From assembly GCF_009914755.1 (NCBI RefSeq), contig NC_060927.1: 64,000 nt of DNA, one strand, 5' to 3'. The stretch comes from the human T2T-CHM13v2.0 reference genome, Homo sapiens. A program made the position numbers and the translations under genes. Below are positions 1-12,594 of the stretch, one piece after another. Positions within the stretch are counted from its first letter, which is position 1, and every line of letters starts with the position of its first letter. The notes beneath the pieces are model-generated. The model was not told where the DNA came from. It did not search any database and worked only from the letters and a program-made list of their open reading frames with translations.

Positions 1-1143
1 AGAACTTTGCAAAAAACATTGCCACAGTAGCCTTGACACTCAACAGTGCAACGAAGAGTTAATGTTTCCACTGCAATATGAACTGGTTCCCACAGCTCTT
101 AGGAGATAGAGTGTAATCACTTAAATGGGAAATGAACTCTAATTCCACTTGAGAAAAGGTATGTTATGTTCATAATTTTATCTGAAAATTATTAATATAT
201 TTCAGGGAGATGGTCCTCTCATTCAGCATCCCTCAAAGTAATGCAGGCATAAGTATCAGGGGACCTTGTTATTTAACTTCAGTACAGCATTGTCTTATAC
301 AAGTGTTCTCTCTTCCACATCTGTAGTAGCTGCTTTCTAATATTGTAGATTTTTACAGTTGTGACACCCCTGGGATGACAGACATGAGAATATGGAGGAT
401 TAAAGGTTACAAAACTTAAACAAAAAAGGGAAGCTCCTCTATGTTATGTGAAAACCCCTTACAAAAGGCAGTTTATTGACAAATAAATGCTTTATACATT
501 CAGGTTTTTCCCATCTCTCAATAGTGATGGTTTCCAAAGAAGAAACTCAGTAGTGAAGAATACATACTTTTTTTTTTTGCATTAGTTTGATCAGTTGAAA
601 ATCAGAACCTTCAAAGCATCTTGTGAATGAGAGAAATGGAACTGGACCTGGGCAAGGCATGGGGATGGTAGAGATCCATATGAATAAATGATTTAGCTGT
701 TGATGTGGACAGCAAGAGAGTTGGTGGGAAATGTTACAGCAGACCTGACCACGCTACAAAGGGTCTGTGAAGAACACAGTACAGGTATCAAAACACCAAA
801 ACAAAACTAAACTAAAAACAAGAACAAACTGCAACTTTGCCAAATTGTAAACAAGGTAAAGCATTTCACAGGTTCAAAGTTCAAGGGAAGTAAACGTCTT
901 TAAATTATTTTTGTCAGTTCAACCCTGATTTAAAAATATGGCTAGCAAAAACAAGGAAGCCACAGCTGTCGACATCCTGAGCAAGCATCGGTCTCCTTTG
1001 AGAAGCTGCACTCCCAAGCCTCTTCTCAAGCTGCTACACGAGGAGGAGACACTTCTCTCTTGAATTCCATCTCAGTTCTCTTTATTTCCACACTCTTGGA
1101 ATACATCGATTGCTTTCCATTTTGGTGTCTACAGTTCTGGCTG
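1..1143 (-). other. CBLB: CBLB 3' UTR (at least to ~450; longer forms may extend past the window start)
   Basis: Lies directly downstream of the stop; repeat-free; U-rich on the transcript strand. Confidence 0.85.
472..477 (-). terminator. Polyadenylation signal AATAAA
   Basis: Plus-strand tttatt; UGUA about 20 nt upstream and a U/GU-rich tract (plus 411-427) downstream on the transcript strand. Confidence 0.75.
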
Positions 1144-1403
1144 CTATAGATTTAGACGTGGGGATACTGGAGGAGGGAAGGCAAATTCTCGGAGGATGCT
1201 CCGGGCAACTTCGACATTATTCTGGGCTATCTCTAAGGCTCTCTTCACCTCTTCAAAGGCATAACCCTCTCCCATGAGTTTTGCAATTTTTGCATCGACA
1301 TTTTCCAATGCCGCCTCAGGCCCATGGGGTTTTCTGTGGTGAATTTCTGGTGCAGTCCTGCGCGGTCGTGGTTTAGGGGGTCTGGCTGGTGCCTGTGAAC
1401 CAT
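1144..1403 (-). CDS. CBLB: CBLB terminal exon 19, coding part: PxxxPR (CIN85/beta-PIX SH3) motif, UBA domain, TAG stop
   Basis: acacag|AT GGT TCA CAG...; [85 protein letters not shown]; TAG at 1144-1146. Confidence 0.99.
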
Positions 1404-2337
1404 CTGTGTAGATTTTTAAAGAGAGATACTATTTAAACAGTGAAATAAAAATGAAGGCAAGATAACATAACAGCATTATCTCATTTCCTATGGAAATATT
1501 ATTTCTTGTTTTCTTTACAAATAAACTTTTTTTCAATTTTTCCATACTATTGTGAGATAGGTAGTATTATCCTCATTTTGAACAACAGAAAATTAAGGTA
1601 CAGTGTGTTGGTAGTTCCACTGAGAAATTTACACATCTCCTTCTCTATTCCACATTTTATTCTTCAAGCCATATGTGGTCAGAGAGATAGAGAAAGGAAA
1701 AAATAATTAAAATAACTATCTAAAAAGGGAAGCCTTTCACTTTGTTTAGCAATACAGTTCACACTCTACTACAGCACAGGCTCTGGTTGATGGTTCTCCA
1801 GAAGAACAATCTTGGGAGGTTTCTATGAGAGGAAACTTTGTTCACAAGCTCACAAACAGCCATGGCAGAACGTCCCCACAGGTCCTGAGTCCCATCCATG
1901 TCACAGCAGAACTGCTCTAAAACAGATGCTCTGTAGCATTTTCCTAGCTGATTTTTCAAGTTAATAATCTGTGCCTTACTGATGCTAGGAGAAAAAAAAA
2001 ACAAAATAGTAGATGCTTTGACTCTACTGTTAGTCAACAGGCTGAACGGAAGGAAACTCAGTGCTTTGCTCAAATACTTTATACAGATTGCAATGTAGGA
2101 AGTTTTGCTCAAGAAAAAGCAAACCTAGAAGAAATATTAGGAGTAGAGAATTGGGTTCTAGATTAGTCCCTTGGTGATAATACAGCCTCCAATTTAAACC
2201 AATGACATTGGCACCCATGAATGGAGAGTAACCTTAAGAAAAAAGAAAAGGTCCCAGGTCATGGGCTAGCTAACTTGACAGGGCACTTTCATCATGTATT
2301 TCCTGGTTATGTATAGCACTTTATCTCAAAAGCCTAG

Positions 2338-2696
<359 letters not shown>

Positions 2697-3141
2697 TCAT
2701 GAAATACACTTATGGATTTAAGACTATCTAGACAACAATATTTAATACCTTTCTCTCAGACCACTGACAAATGCCAAACAATAAATTCAAGGACAGAGTT
2801 AAGTGAATGGTGATGTGAGGTTAAAAGCCAAATGTCTCATGCTTAATGTTCCCATCTTGTCTCCCCACTCCTGCTGCCTCAGCAACTTTCCCAATGGCTT
2901 CAGGAGATACTGTAAGCTGATATTTTCAATAATAATAAACGTAAATAATAAAAGCTAATCTGATGTATTATTCAATATTTTTCCTTTCTAAATCAAAAGA
3001 TGTATGATATTTTTCCAGGAGAAGGATAACTTGTAAAAACATCATCCTATATACAATTATAGCAATATCAATATAACATACATAAAACAAAGCCTCTAGG
3101 ATAAAAGCATTTGTTTCCACATCAAATAGGATGTCTTCTTC

Positions 3142-3276
3142 TTTTTTTTTTTTTTTAAATGAGATGAAGTCTCATTATGTTGACCAGGCTGGTCTCGAAC
3201 TCCTGTCCTCAGGCAATCCTTCCATCTTGGCCTCCCAAAATGCTAAAATTACAGGCGTGAGCCACCACGTCCGGCC
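3142..3276 (-). mobile_element. Alu monomer (FLAM-like)
   Basis: Poly-T followed by a single reverse left arm ending ccggcc. Confidence 0.85.
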
Positions 3277-5032
3277 ATGATGACAGTCTTATTTTAAATT
3301 ATTCCTTTTTTGTAACAAAATGTCCAGTTTTAGAAAATATTATAGCTGTAGACAATGTATATTAAAGTATGCCCATATATAAGAACATATAATTTCTGGT
3401 TCTTGCTAATATCTGTACTGTTTCTTGCATCTGTAATTAAACATCTCAAACTATTATCGTCTGATAAACTGCGTTTCTTAGTATGTTTTGTAGTTCCATT
3501 TATTTTCCTATTATTTTCATTATGTCATACAGGAATGGACAATAAATTATGTTTTGCTTTTAATCATTTTCAAAACTATTAGAAATTATTGAAAGCTTTC
3601 CTTTAATCAATTACCAAAAAATTCATACATTTAAATCATGTCTGTTCTGAGACACTTTTAGATGAGAAAAGTACCTAGACTTTGATACAAAAGTACCTAG
3701 ACTTAGAAAACAATTAACTTGTTTTCTACGGGTAATTTTCTAAGAGATTTTTAATATTGTTATTTTGTCTGTCCAGGATACTGAGATGTGCACATGAATG
3801 CCAGGCATGTTTGAAAAGAACAGCTGTGTATACAAGTGGGATGAATACTATGACGAATGCCTCTAATAAATGGTATAACTGGCAATTGAATCTTAAATCT
3901 CAGTTTGGCCGCTAAGATCTTGGGCTAAGCAATTTACTTTCACAATTCTCATTCTCCAAATCTACTTTATATATCTGTGTTTAGAGGTATTATTTATCCC
4001 TTTCAACCAGGTAGTATAACAATTAATGTAATATACAGTATATGGACTGAGGAGACCATTAAAAAGAAAGAACAATGAATTAATATTTATAATGATAAGT
4101 GCTATACTCAAATGCTATAAACCAGCAATTACTATAACAGGAATGCCAGAGAAGTGTGAAAGAACAAAGAACACAAAATTTGTTGTGAGTATCTGATTCT
4201 ACAGAAAGCCTTCTAGCAGAATATTAAAAAGCAAGATCTGGTGCAACCTGAACTACTAGTGGAAGCTGTTAAAAAGTGGGGAGGAGGAGATCATTTCCAC
4301 ACTGACCATTAGAGCAAATTGCTTAGAACCGATTACTCTTTCTGTCTCTTCCCAAAGCCCAGACGCAGCCTTCACTTTCTCCACTTTTCTTTTTCACAGT
4401 ACCTAAAAGTGGATTACACCAGGTCCTCATTTACTTTAGCACTTTCGAATGTGTAGGGTAGTGGAAGGAAGCAATGAAATGAAGATGAAACTATCTTCTG
4501 GTCCCCTAAGATTATTATATTGCAGTTTGGGAGCACACTGAAATAACTATAAATTTTATCAACCCTGTGGAATTTCTGTACCTGAATATACATCATCCTT
4601 AAAAATAGTTATTTTGGAAAAGCATGTGTTTGCTCTAGTGCTACCATCCATGTTCATGGTATTTTTGAACTCTTATGAGTAATTGCAGTGATATCAAAAT
4701 AAGTACAAGAATGTGAGCCACAGAATATAAATAGTACATCTTCTGGGTTACCAATTTTCTTAAAAGATATAAGGTCATTAATATTTTAAAGCACTGAAAT
4801 GAATACAGATACACTAAGGAGTAAAATATAAAGTTTGCACAAATTTTTGAGACAAAATAGAAACAATGTCTTGCACTAAAAAACTAAATATTGTCCTCTT
4901 TTACCTAATGTCCCAGCCCTTGTGTTGTTCACTGTCAACTCTTCTTTGAGAAAGAAAGATTTGAGAAGCCCTGGTTTAGGAGTAAATTTTGATTCAGCTT
5001 TCCTTTTCTGAGCATATAAAAGAACAGAGTGA

Positions 5033-5887
5033 TGTGGCCGACCGCCACTGCTACTACTTGAGACCATCAATACTACAGTTACTATAATACTGTTACCACT
5101 TGAGACTGTCATTAGGAGAGTTACTACTGTTACTACTTGAGACCTTCACTACAACAGTTACTGCTGTTACTACTTGAGACCGTCACTACGAGAGTTACTA
5201 CTGTTACTACCTGAGACCTTCACTATCACAGTTACTGCTGTTACTACCTGAGACCTTCACTATCACAGTTACTGCTGTTACTACCTGAGACCTTCACCAT
5301 GACAGTTACTGCTGTTACTACTTGAGACCTTCACTATCACAGTTACTGCCGTTACTACTTGAGACCTTCACTATCACAGTTACTGCTGTTACTACTTGAG
5401 ACCTTCACTATCACAGTTACTGCTGTTACTATTTGAGACCGTCATTACAACAGTTACTTCTGTTACTACCTGAGACCATCATTACAAGACTGAACTAAGG
5501 GAAGAACCTAGAAATGATAACAAAAAACAAAAGAAACTGTTTTAAGGAAAGGGTCTGAGGAAGAAGAAGTGAGCAAAGGCAGCAGCCCTGAGCTTCCATA
5601 GCCCTTTGTATTTATTGGGTAGAAAGAGCAGGGATGAGGAGGTAACGATTGGTCAGCTGCTTGACTGATCACAGGTTCACATTATTGTTAACAGGCTTCA
5701 GATGTGCCTAATCAAAAGAAACACTTGTGCCTGGGTCGTGACTGCCCTCAGCATTCCTCCTGGGCAGCAGATGCAGTTTGTCAGTTTGTCAACATTCTGC
5801 TTTTATGAGAACAGTTTGCTGTTCACTCATATAGCCTCCAGTGGTATAGTGAGTTGATCACGACCCTCATTCTTTCAGCCTCCAACA
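5033..5887 (-). mobile_element. Solo LTR, LTR3 family (HERV-K3/HML-6)
   Basis: TG...CA termini; perfect 6-bp TSD gagtga (5027-5032 and 5888-5893); minus strand begins TGTTGGAGGCTGAAAGAATGAGGGTCGTGATCAACTC, like the LTR3 consensus as recalled. Confidence 0.85.
5050..5490. repeat. 37-bp minisatellite (~11.5 copies) inside the LTR
   Basis: Unit cttgagaccttcactatcacagttactgctgttacta; tgagac at 5059, then every 37 bp from 5101 to 5471. Confidence 0.97.
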
Positions 5888-7371
5888 GAGTGACAAACAG
5901 AACATTCCTGGATTGCATGGGAATTAGCCTAACATGGTTGGAATAATACCCAGAATGATTACTCTAGGTCATACATTCTAGACGGGGGCAATCATTGGTT
6001 CTTGTGGGATGAAAGAAAACAATTTTAGATGGTAAAATGGTTTGTGGCCTTCCAAAGAGCCATGGTACATAGAGATATACCTCTATCTCTATGTCTACTA
6101 AGCACATCTGTAGTTTAAACTTTCATTATTGCTGGGGACAGAAAGCTTATTAGGAAAAAAAAAAAAAAAAGTGTCCAAAAGGCCCGTAGGCAGACCATAT
6201 TTTTTTTTTTTAAGTGAGACGCACTGCTGTATATCTACATAACCTCCATTTAAAGAACTGAGGATATTTCATTTCAGTGGCTGTCAATTATTTTGCCACA
6301 AAAAGTCTTTATTACTCCCCTCATCATCTAAAGATTGGGTTGGGTTTTCTTTTTCTATATTCTGAAAGATGTGTCTAATAAGCAAATGCTATTGTATTGA
6401 TGAATACATTTTCCCATTTTCTATTATACTGGATCATGTTCAACAATAAATATAACACTGAGCTTCTGTATATCTAGGTCACAGCAAAGGGATTTAATGT
6501 GAAAGTTTTCTAGTATATAAAGTTAGGGTTTCTGTTAGACTTTCAAAATGTTAAAAATAGTATTTGATAGTACATAAAAATAATGGATTGTCATACAATA
6601 ATTTAAAATGACATTTATTTTTTAAAATAATGTGGTAAAATACTTATAATACTCCTAAATGGAACTGAGATAGAATTGACATATTGAGTATGATCTTAAG
6701 ATCGTAAGTGAAAATGTGCATAGACAAAACATTTAGAAGGCTGCACTTGAAAATGGCAATAATGTTCCTTATTGAAGATAGGGTTTTAAGTGATTGCTTT
6801 TTCTTATTAATTGTTTTCTCTGTAATTTCCTTTTATTTTCCAATGCGTGTATAATATGCGCATAATTAGAAAAACCACCACCAACAACAAAATAGTCTCA
6901 GATCTCCTCTGATACTCTTAAAGGCCTCAGCTGCACAAGTATCTAAGACTGAGAACCAGAGATCGATTTCGCTCATGTGAAAAATATAGGAAGTACATAG
7001 TGAGTGGCTTTCCTAAGGTCATGTGAAAAATAATCAGAATCTAGATTTTGAAATTTCTAGTACAGTTTTACTATTTCTAAAACCCTTCATTATTTTGTCA
7101 TCACTACTATTCCATCACTATTATCATGATTTTACCACTGAACATCTCCAAACTCAGTCTGGAGACGTGAGATGCATGTGTACATTTTTTTCTAACTTAA
7201 TTCTGGCATGATGATGGGATAACAACATAAACTTTATTAACAAATTTTTAAAAAACTGAAACTGATGTAAATTCTATCAGGCTTACACTTTCTGCAGCAG
7301 CTTGAGTTAGTTACTAAACTTTGTTATGTCTTTCTTTCTTCTATAAATTGACATTAATAATATCTATTTCA

Positions 7372-7990
<619 letters not shown>

Positions 7991-7997
7991 TGTATCT

Positions 7998-8286
<289 letters not shown>

Positions 8287-8653
8287 TTATATATCTGTCT
8301 CTAAAATACTTAGCAAAGCATCAGGACTATAGTAAATGCTTAACAAACTTAACGAATTTTAATTAGATAAAATAATATTGTATATATTATCTGAAACATA
8401 CTGTCTAAATTTACTTAGTAAACCAGTGACAATTCTTGGGACAGATATCAAAACTCTTAGACTACTGACCTTCTCAACTATAACAATAACAGAATTAGAA
8501 AAAAATATAAATACACTTAATTGATCAAGGAATAAAAGAAATCTCAAACACATTATGATTAACTTTGTTATTCTACTAGAAGTTGGATCAATTAATTCTG
8601 GGATTCATTTTTATGCCATAAGGTTGAATTACTGCCTCTATAGAAATACTGCT

Positions 8654-8942
8654 GGCCACGCGCAGTGGCTCAAGCCTGTAATCCCAGCACTTTAGGAGGC
8701 TGAGGTGGGCAGATCACAAGGTCAGGAGTTCGAGACCAGCCTGGCCAACATGGTGAAACCCCATCTCTACTAAAAATACAAAAATTAGCCGGGCATGATG
8801 GTGGATGCCTGTAATCCCAGCTACTCGGGAAGCTGAGGCATGAGAACTACTTGAACCTGGGAGGTGGAAATTGCTGGGAGCTGAGATCACGCCACTGCAC
8901 TCCAGCCTGGGCGACAGAGCGAGACTCCATCTCAAAAAAAAA
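8654..8942 (+). mobile_element. Alu (AluS)
   Basis: Full consensus; TSD agaaatactgc. Confidence 0.95.
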
Positions 8943-11316
8943 GAAATACTGCCTATAGAAGGACATGATTTAATAAACTAAATTACAAATAAAAAAATCT
9001 TCACATACACTGTTTTAAATATATCCAGAAAATGGTTATTTAATCTTAGATTTGTAAGGAAAACAACTCTAGGTTCTCTGGCTTTCAAACTGAAGCTGTC
9101 TGTAAGCCCCAGTATTTCACATAGCTAAACTGTGGGAAAACTCAACATTGCCATTTCCTTTGTTGAAACACAAAATCTTAAAGACACATAATCTACCTTA
9201 AAATTCCAACCCTTGCGTGAAGTGAAGCCACGATTTCCAATTGAGATCTTAACAGAGATAAACTATTGAATACTTGGTCCTAATATAAAATGTATTCAAC
9301 ATTCCAACAATTCTCCTTTAAGCTAGTAAACTAATGGTAGTATTGAAATTAATTCATTTTGTAATGAGATCTCCTTTATTTTATAATGAGATTGGCTTAT
9401 TTGGCAATAAGGTCTTTTAATGGTTTCAAACACATTTGAGTTGTGCTAAAATCAAGCATTGTTTTCAAGTGTTACCTTGAACTTCCTTCTAAATACTAAC
9501 AATATGAAAAATCACCTCAAGAGTGAATGGTGCACTTCATTAATACAGCCTTTTAGAGTTTTCAAAGAATGGTATTCAAACTGTAGTACAATATGTCTTA
9601 CAACAAGAGAAAAGCAAACTGAGAAATTTGTAAAACCTCACACATAGATAGAAGAGACATGTGCCCCATGTGAATAATACATCCATGTAAAGAAACAAGC
9701 AGATTACTAGCAAAAATGTTTGTCCTATATACCGATATATGTGAATTTAACATGGGCTGGTAAGCTCTTCTTATATCTGGACTACCTATGATACGTTCAT
9801 ATATTTAAATTTCAATTATACATTTAGAAAAACTTTAAGAAAAGCATAAAATATTTTCTTTGGGAGGAATAAACATTTAGAAGGCTCTTTATATATGTAG
9901 ACATACATATACATGCAGACATACTTTTTAGATAAGAAAACAAGGGAGATATTTTAAAATCAATGAAACTACATTTTAAACTTCTTTAGAAATATACTTT
10001 CCATAGAAGCCTATTCATAAATGACTATCAATTATTTAGACAGCCATAAGTGATAACAGAACTTGAATTCATAAGGCAGAGCAATCATACCAGAACCCCA
10101 TTTGGTCATCTTAAAAAGGCCTTAATAAAAACAGATTAATTACTGCAAAATAAGAGCTATTAGAATCCTAAAGGCGCATATGCATTCAGTCTCAAGGGTT
10201 GAATGGAAAGACCTCATCTAGAAGGCAAGCTCAGTCTCTCTGCTGATGTAAAATAAACTAGTGAACAGCCTGGTAGGCCTGTGAACTTCATGTGAACAAA
10301 CATATGTTGGAAAAAAGTATCTTATTTTCTGTGGTTGACTGTGTTTGTAAAGAGAATTTAGGGAGTAGATTGAAATATTTGATGTTACAGCTAGCTGGGC
10401 CCTCAGAGTAATAGTCAGGACTCTTTTATTACTTAGGTAAAAGCCAGTTCAGGCTTCTGGCAAATGGCTATTCGGGGATATTTCAACAAGGTTTGTGATT
10501 TGAAGTTCTTCCAGACATTTCTAGTGTAATGCTAATAGGGATTCATACTGCTTGAAATCATATATGTGAATGATGTTCCTCTGGGCTCTACAACACCCAC
10601 TTATTATGGAGAAAACTGTAAAGAAGCTGGGAAAAAACTGTGTTTTGGCTACAAGTTTTCCCCTAACTAAAGTATAGGTTTCTTTTAATCCAGAGCTGGT
10701 GGTACTGAATATGTTATTTTAAATCAGTCATAGCACTTTGCTCAAAGTTATATTTTAATACTATTTTCTTTAAAAAAAATTGCTTCCTTATGTTATATAG
10801 AAGCTGTCAGATATTGTCTTTCTTTCTTGACTTTCATGTTTTGTCATCAAATTATTTTGACTGGAATTACAGGCTACTCATGGATACATATGAAACCTTA
10901 GAATGACTAGAAATAAACTGATAAGAGAACACTGGCCAAAATTTGAAAAGATTAAAAAGATTTTCTATGCTTTCCTGAGTTACATGCAAGCAGTTAAACA
11001 TATAAATACACAGGGATTTCTGCATCTCCCATGCATGGCATCGAGCACGTAAGAACTACCGTACTGACAATTCTTAAAACAGCTCATTAATTATCTTGAT
11101 TCAGAAGTTTCAGAATGTATTGCTAATAGTATTAGCAAGTCTTCTATGAACTGAGGTTTTAGCTTAAAAAAATTTTGAAATAAGACAAAAGTTCATATAG
11201 GAAAACTTCTGATATTCACAAATATGTGACAAAAATATTGCTTATCAGATATTTGCATTTAGTTTAATACAGACATCAGCTATTCTTCCCTCCTTTTGCC
11301 TATTTGTCCACTCAAA

Positions 11317-11347
11317 TCCATCCATCCATCCATCCATCCATCCATCC
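11317..11347. repeat. (TCCA)n microsatellite at the end of an L2-like fragment
   Basis: About 7 tcca units. Confidence 0.9.
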
Positions 11348-11408
11348 CCAACTATCCATCAAAGAGACATATGCTGGGCACTATGTTGGACACTTGAGGA
11401 TAAAGCAA

Positions 11409-11767
11409 TGCTATGGACTGAATGTCTGTCCCCTTTTCCCTGCAAATCCATATGTTAAAACCTAATCCCTTTTGTAATGATATTTGGAGGGGAGGCTTTT
11501 GGGAGATGATTAGATTATGCAGGGGAAGCCCTCATGAAAGGGATTAGTTTCCTTATGAAACAGATCCCAGAGCACTCCCTTGCCCTTGTGAGGACACAGT
11601 ATGAAGGCAGTTATCTATGAACCTGGAAGAGGGCCCTCACTAGACACTGAATGTTGGTAGCTTGATCTTGGACTTCCCAGCTTCCAGAACTGTGAGATAT
11701 AAATGTTTGCTGTTTAGGCAATCCAGTCTATGGTATTGTGTTATAGTAGCCTGAACTGACTAGGACA
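11409..11767 (+). mobile_element. MLT1A-like MaLR solo LTR inserted into an L2-like fragment (~11350-11980)
   Basis: tgctatggactgaatg...gactaggaca; 5-bp TSD agcaa/agcag; ttggacttcccagcttccagaactgtgaga motif. Confidence 0.85.
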
Positions 11768-12474
11768 AGCAGTGAACCAGACAACATTCTTATCTCCAAA
11801 GTGTTAATACTTTAGCAGACGAGACAGATAACCAACAATCAACCAAATGAATTCTGAATAACAAAATTTTAAGTAGTGACGGGTGCTATGAAGAAAAATA
11901 AAGCAAAAAAGGAAAGAAAATAACTGCAGAAGATAGGAGCTATTTAGATATGTTCAGGGAAAGCCTCCTCAAGAAGCAAAGAAGCAGTATTCCATTATTA
12001 ACAGTTGTGAGTATGACTTGTATTTACAAAAATGGTACATCCTTCTATTTGATGGCTGTCAGTGCAGCACTGGTTGGAGCCCTAAATAAGCTAAGAAAAT
12101 GAATAGTTTGGTGCCAGTATTAATTCCATAGAGATTGCTATAAAACAGCATTGCAATGTACAAAGAGATTTTCCTCATTTCCTAAATCTGAGACAAAATG
12201 AAAGTTAGATAATGAATACATTTTGAATCAAAGAAGTGGCTCCACTGAGTGATCAAAGATAATATTAAGCTTAATATTTTTCTTTTCAATGAGGCAGTTC
12301 TGTAGCCATTCCTCTCACAATGCCAGCTTTATAAGCAAAATGCAATGATGATCAAAATACTTTCTTGGGTGGACAACATTCATTAAATTATATAATGAAT
12401 AAGAAGGTGTTCTGAAAAGCAAAAAGCACTATATAACAATAAGGTATTATTGTTACTGTTACTAGCCAACTCAC

Positions 12475-12594
12475 CTGAACATGAAGGAAGCTGATCATAG
12501 TCCTGTGATGTTCTGTTAGTTTTGACATTTTCACCTGGTAACCTTCTAGCGGGAGGCAAAGGAACTTGGCCACTTGCTAGATCAACAAAGGGAT
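12475..12594 (-). CDS. CBLB: CBLB exon 18 (120 bp, phase 1-1), contains Y889
   Basis: tttaag|AT CCC TTT...TGT TCA G|gtgagt; [39 protein letters not shown]. Confidence 0.97.

Noticed and set aside
3668-3704. Small direct repeats (also 50858-50903 and 51030-51098)
   Set aside because: They are ordinary slippage duplications in AT-rich intron.
5050-5490. 37-bp repeat array superficially like a CRISPR array
   Set aside because: The units are head-to-tail with no unique spacers, lie inside an ERV LTR in primate DNA, and have no cas genes nearby.
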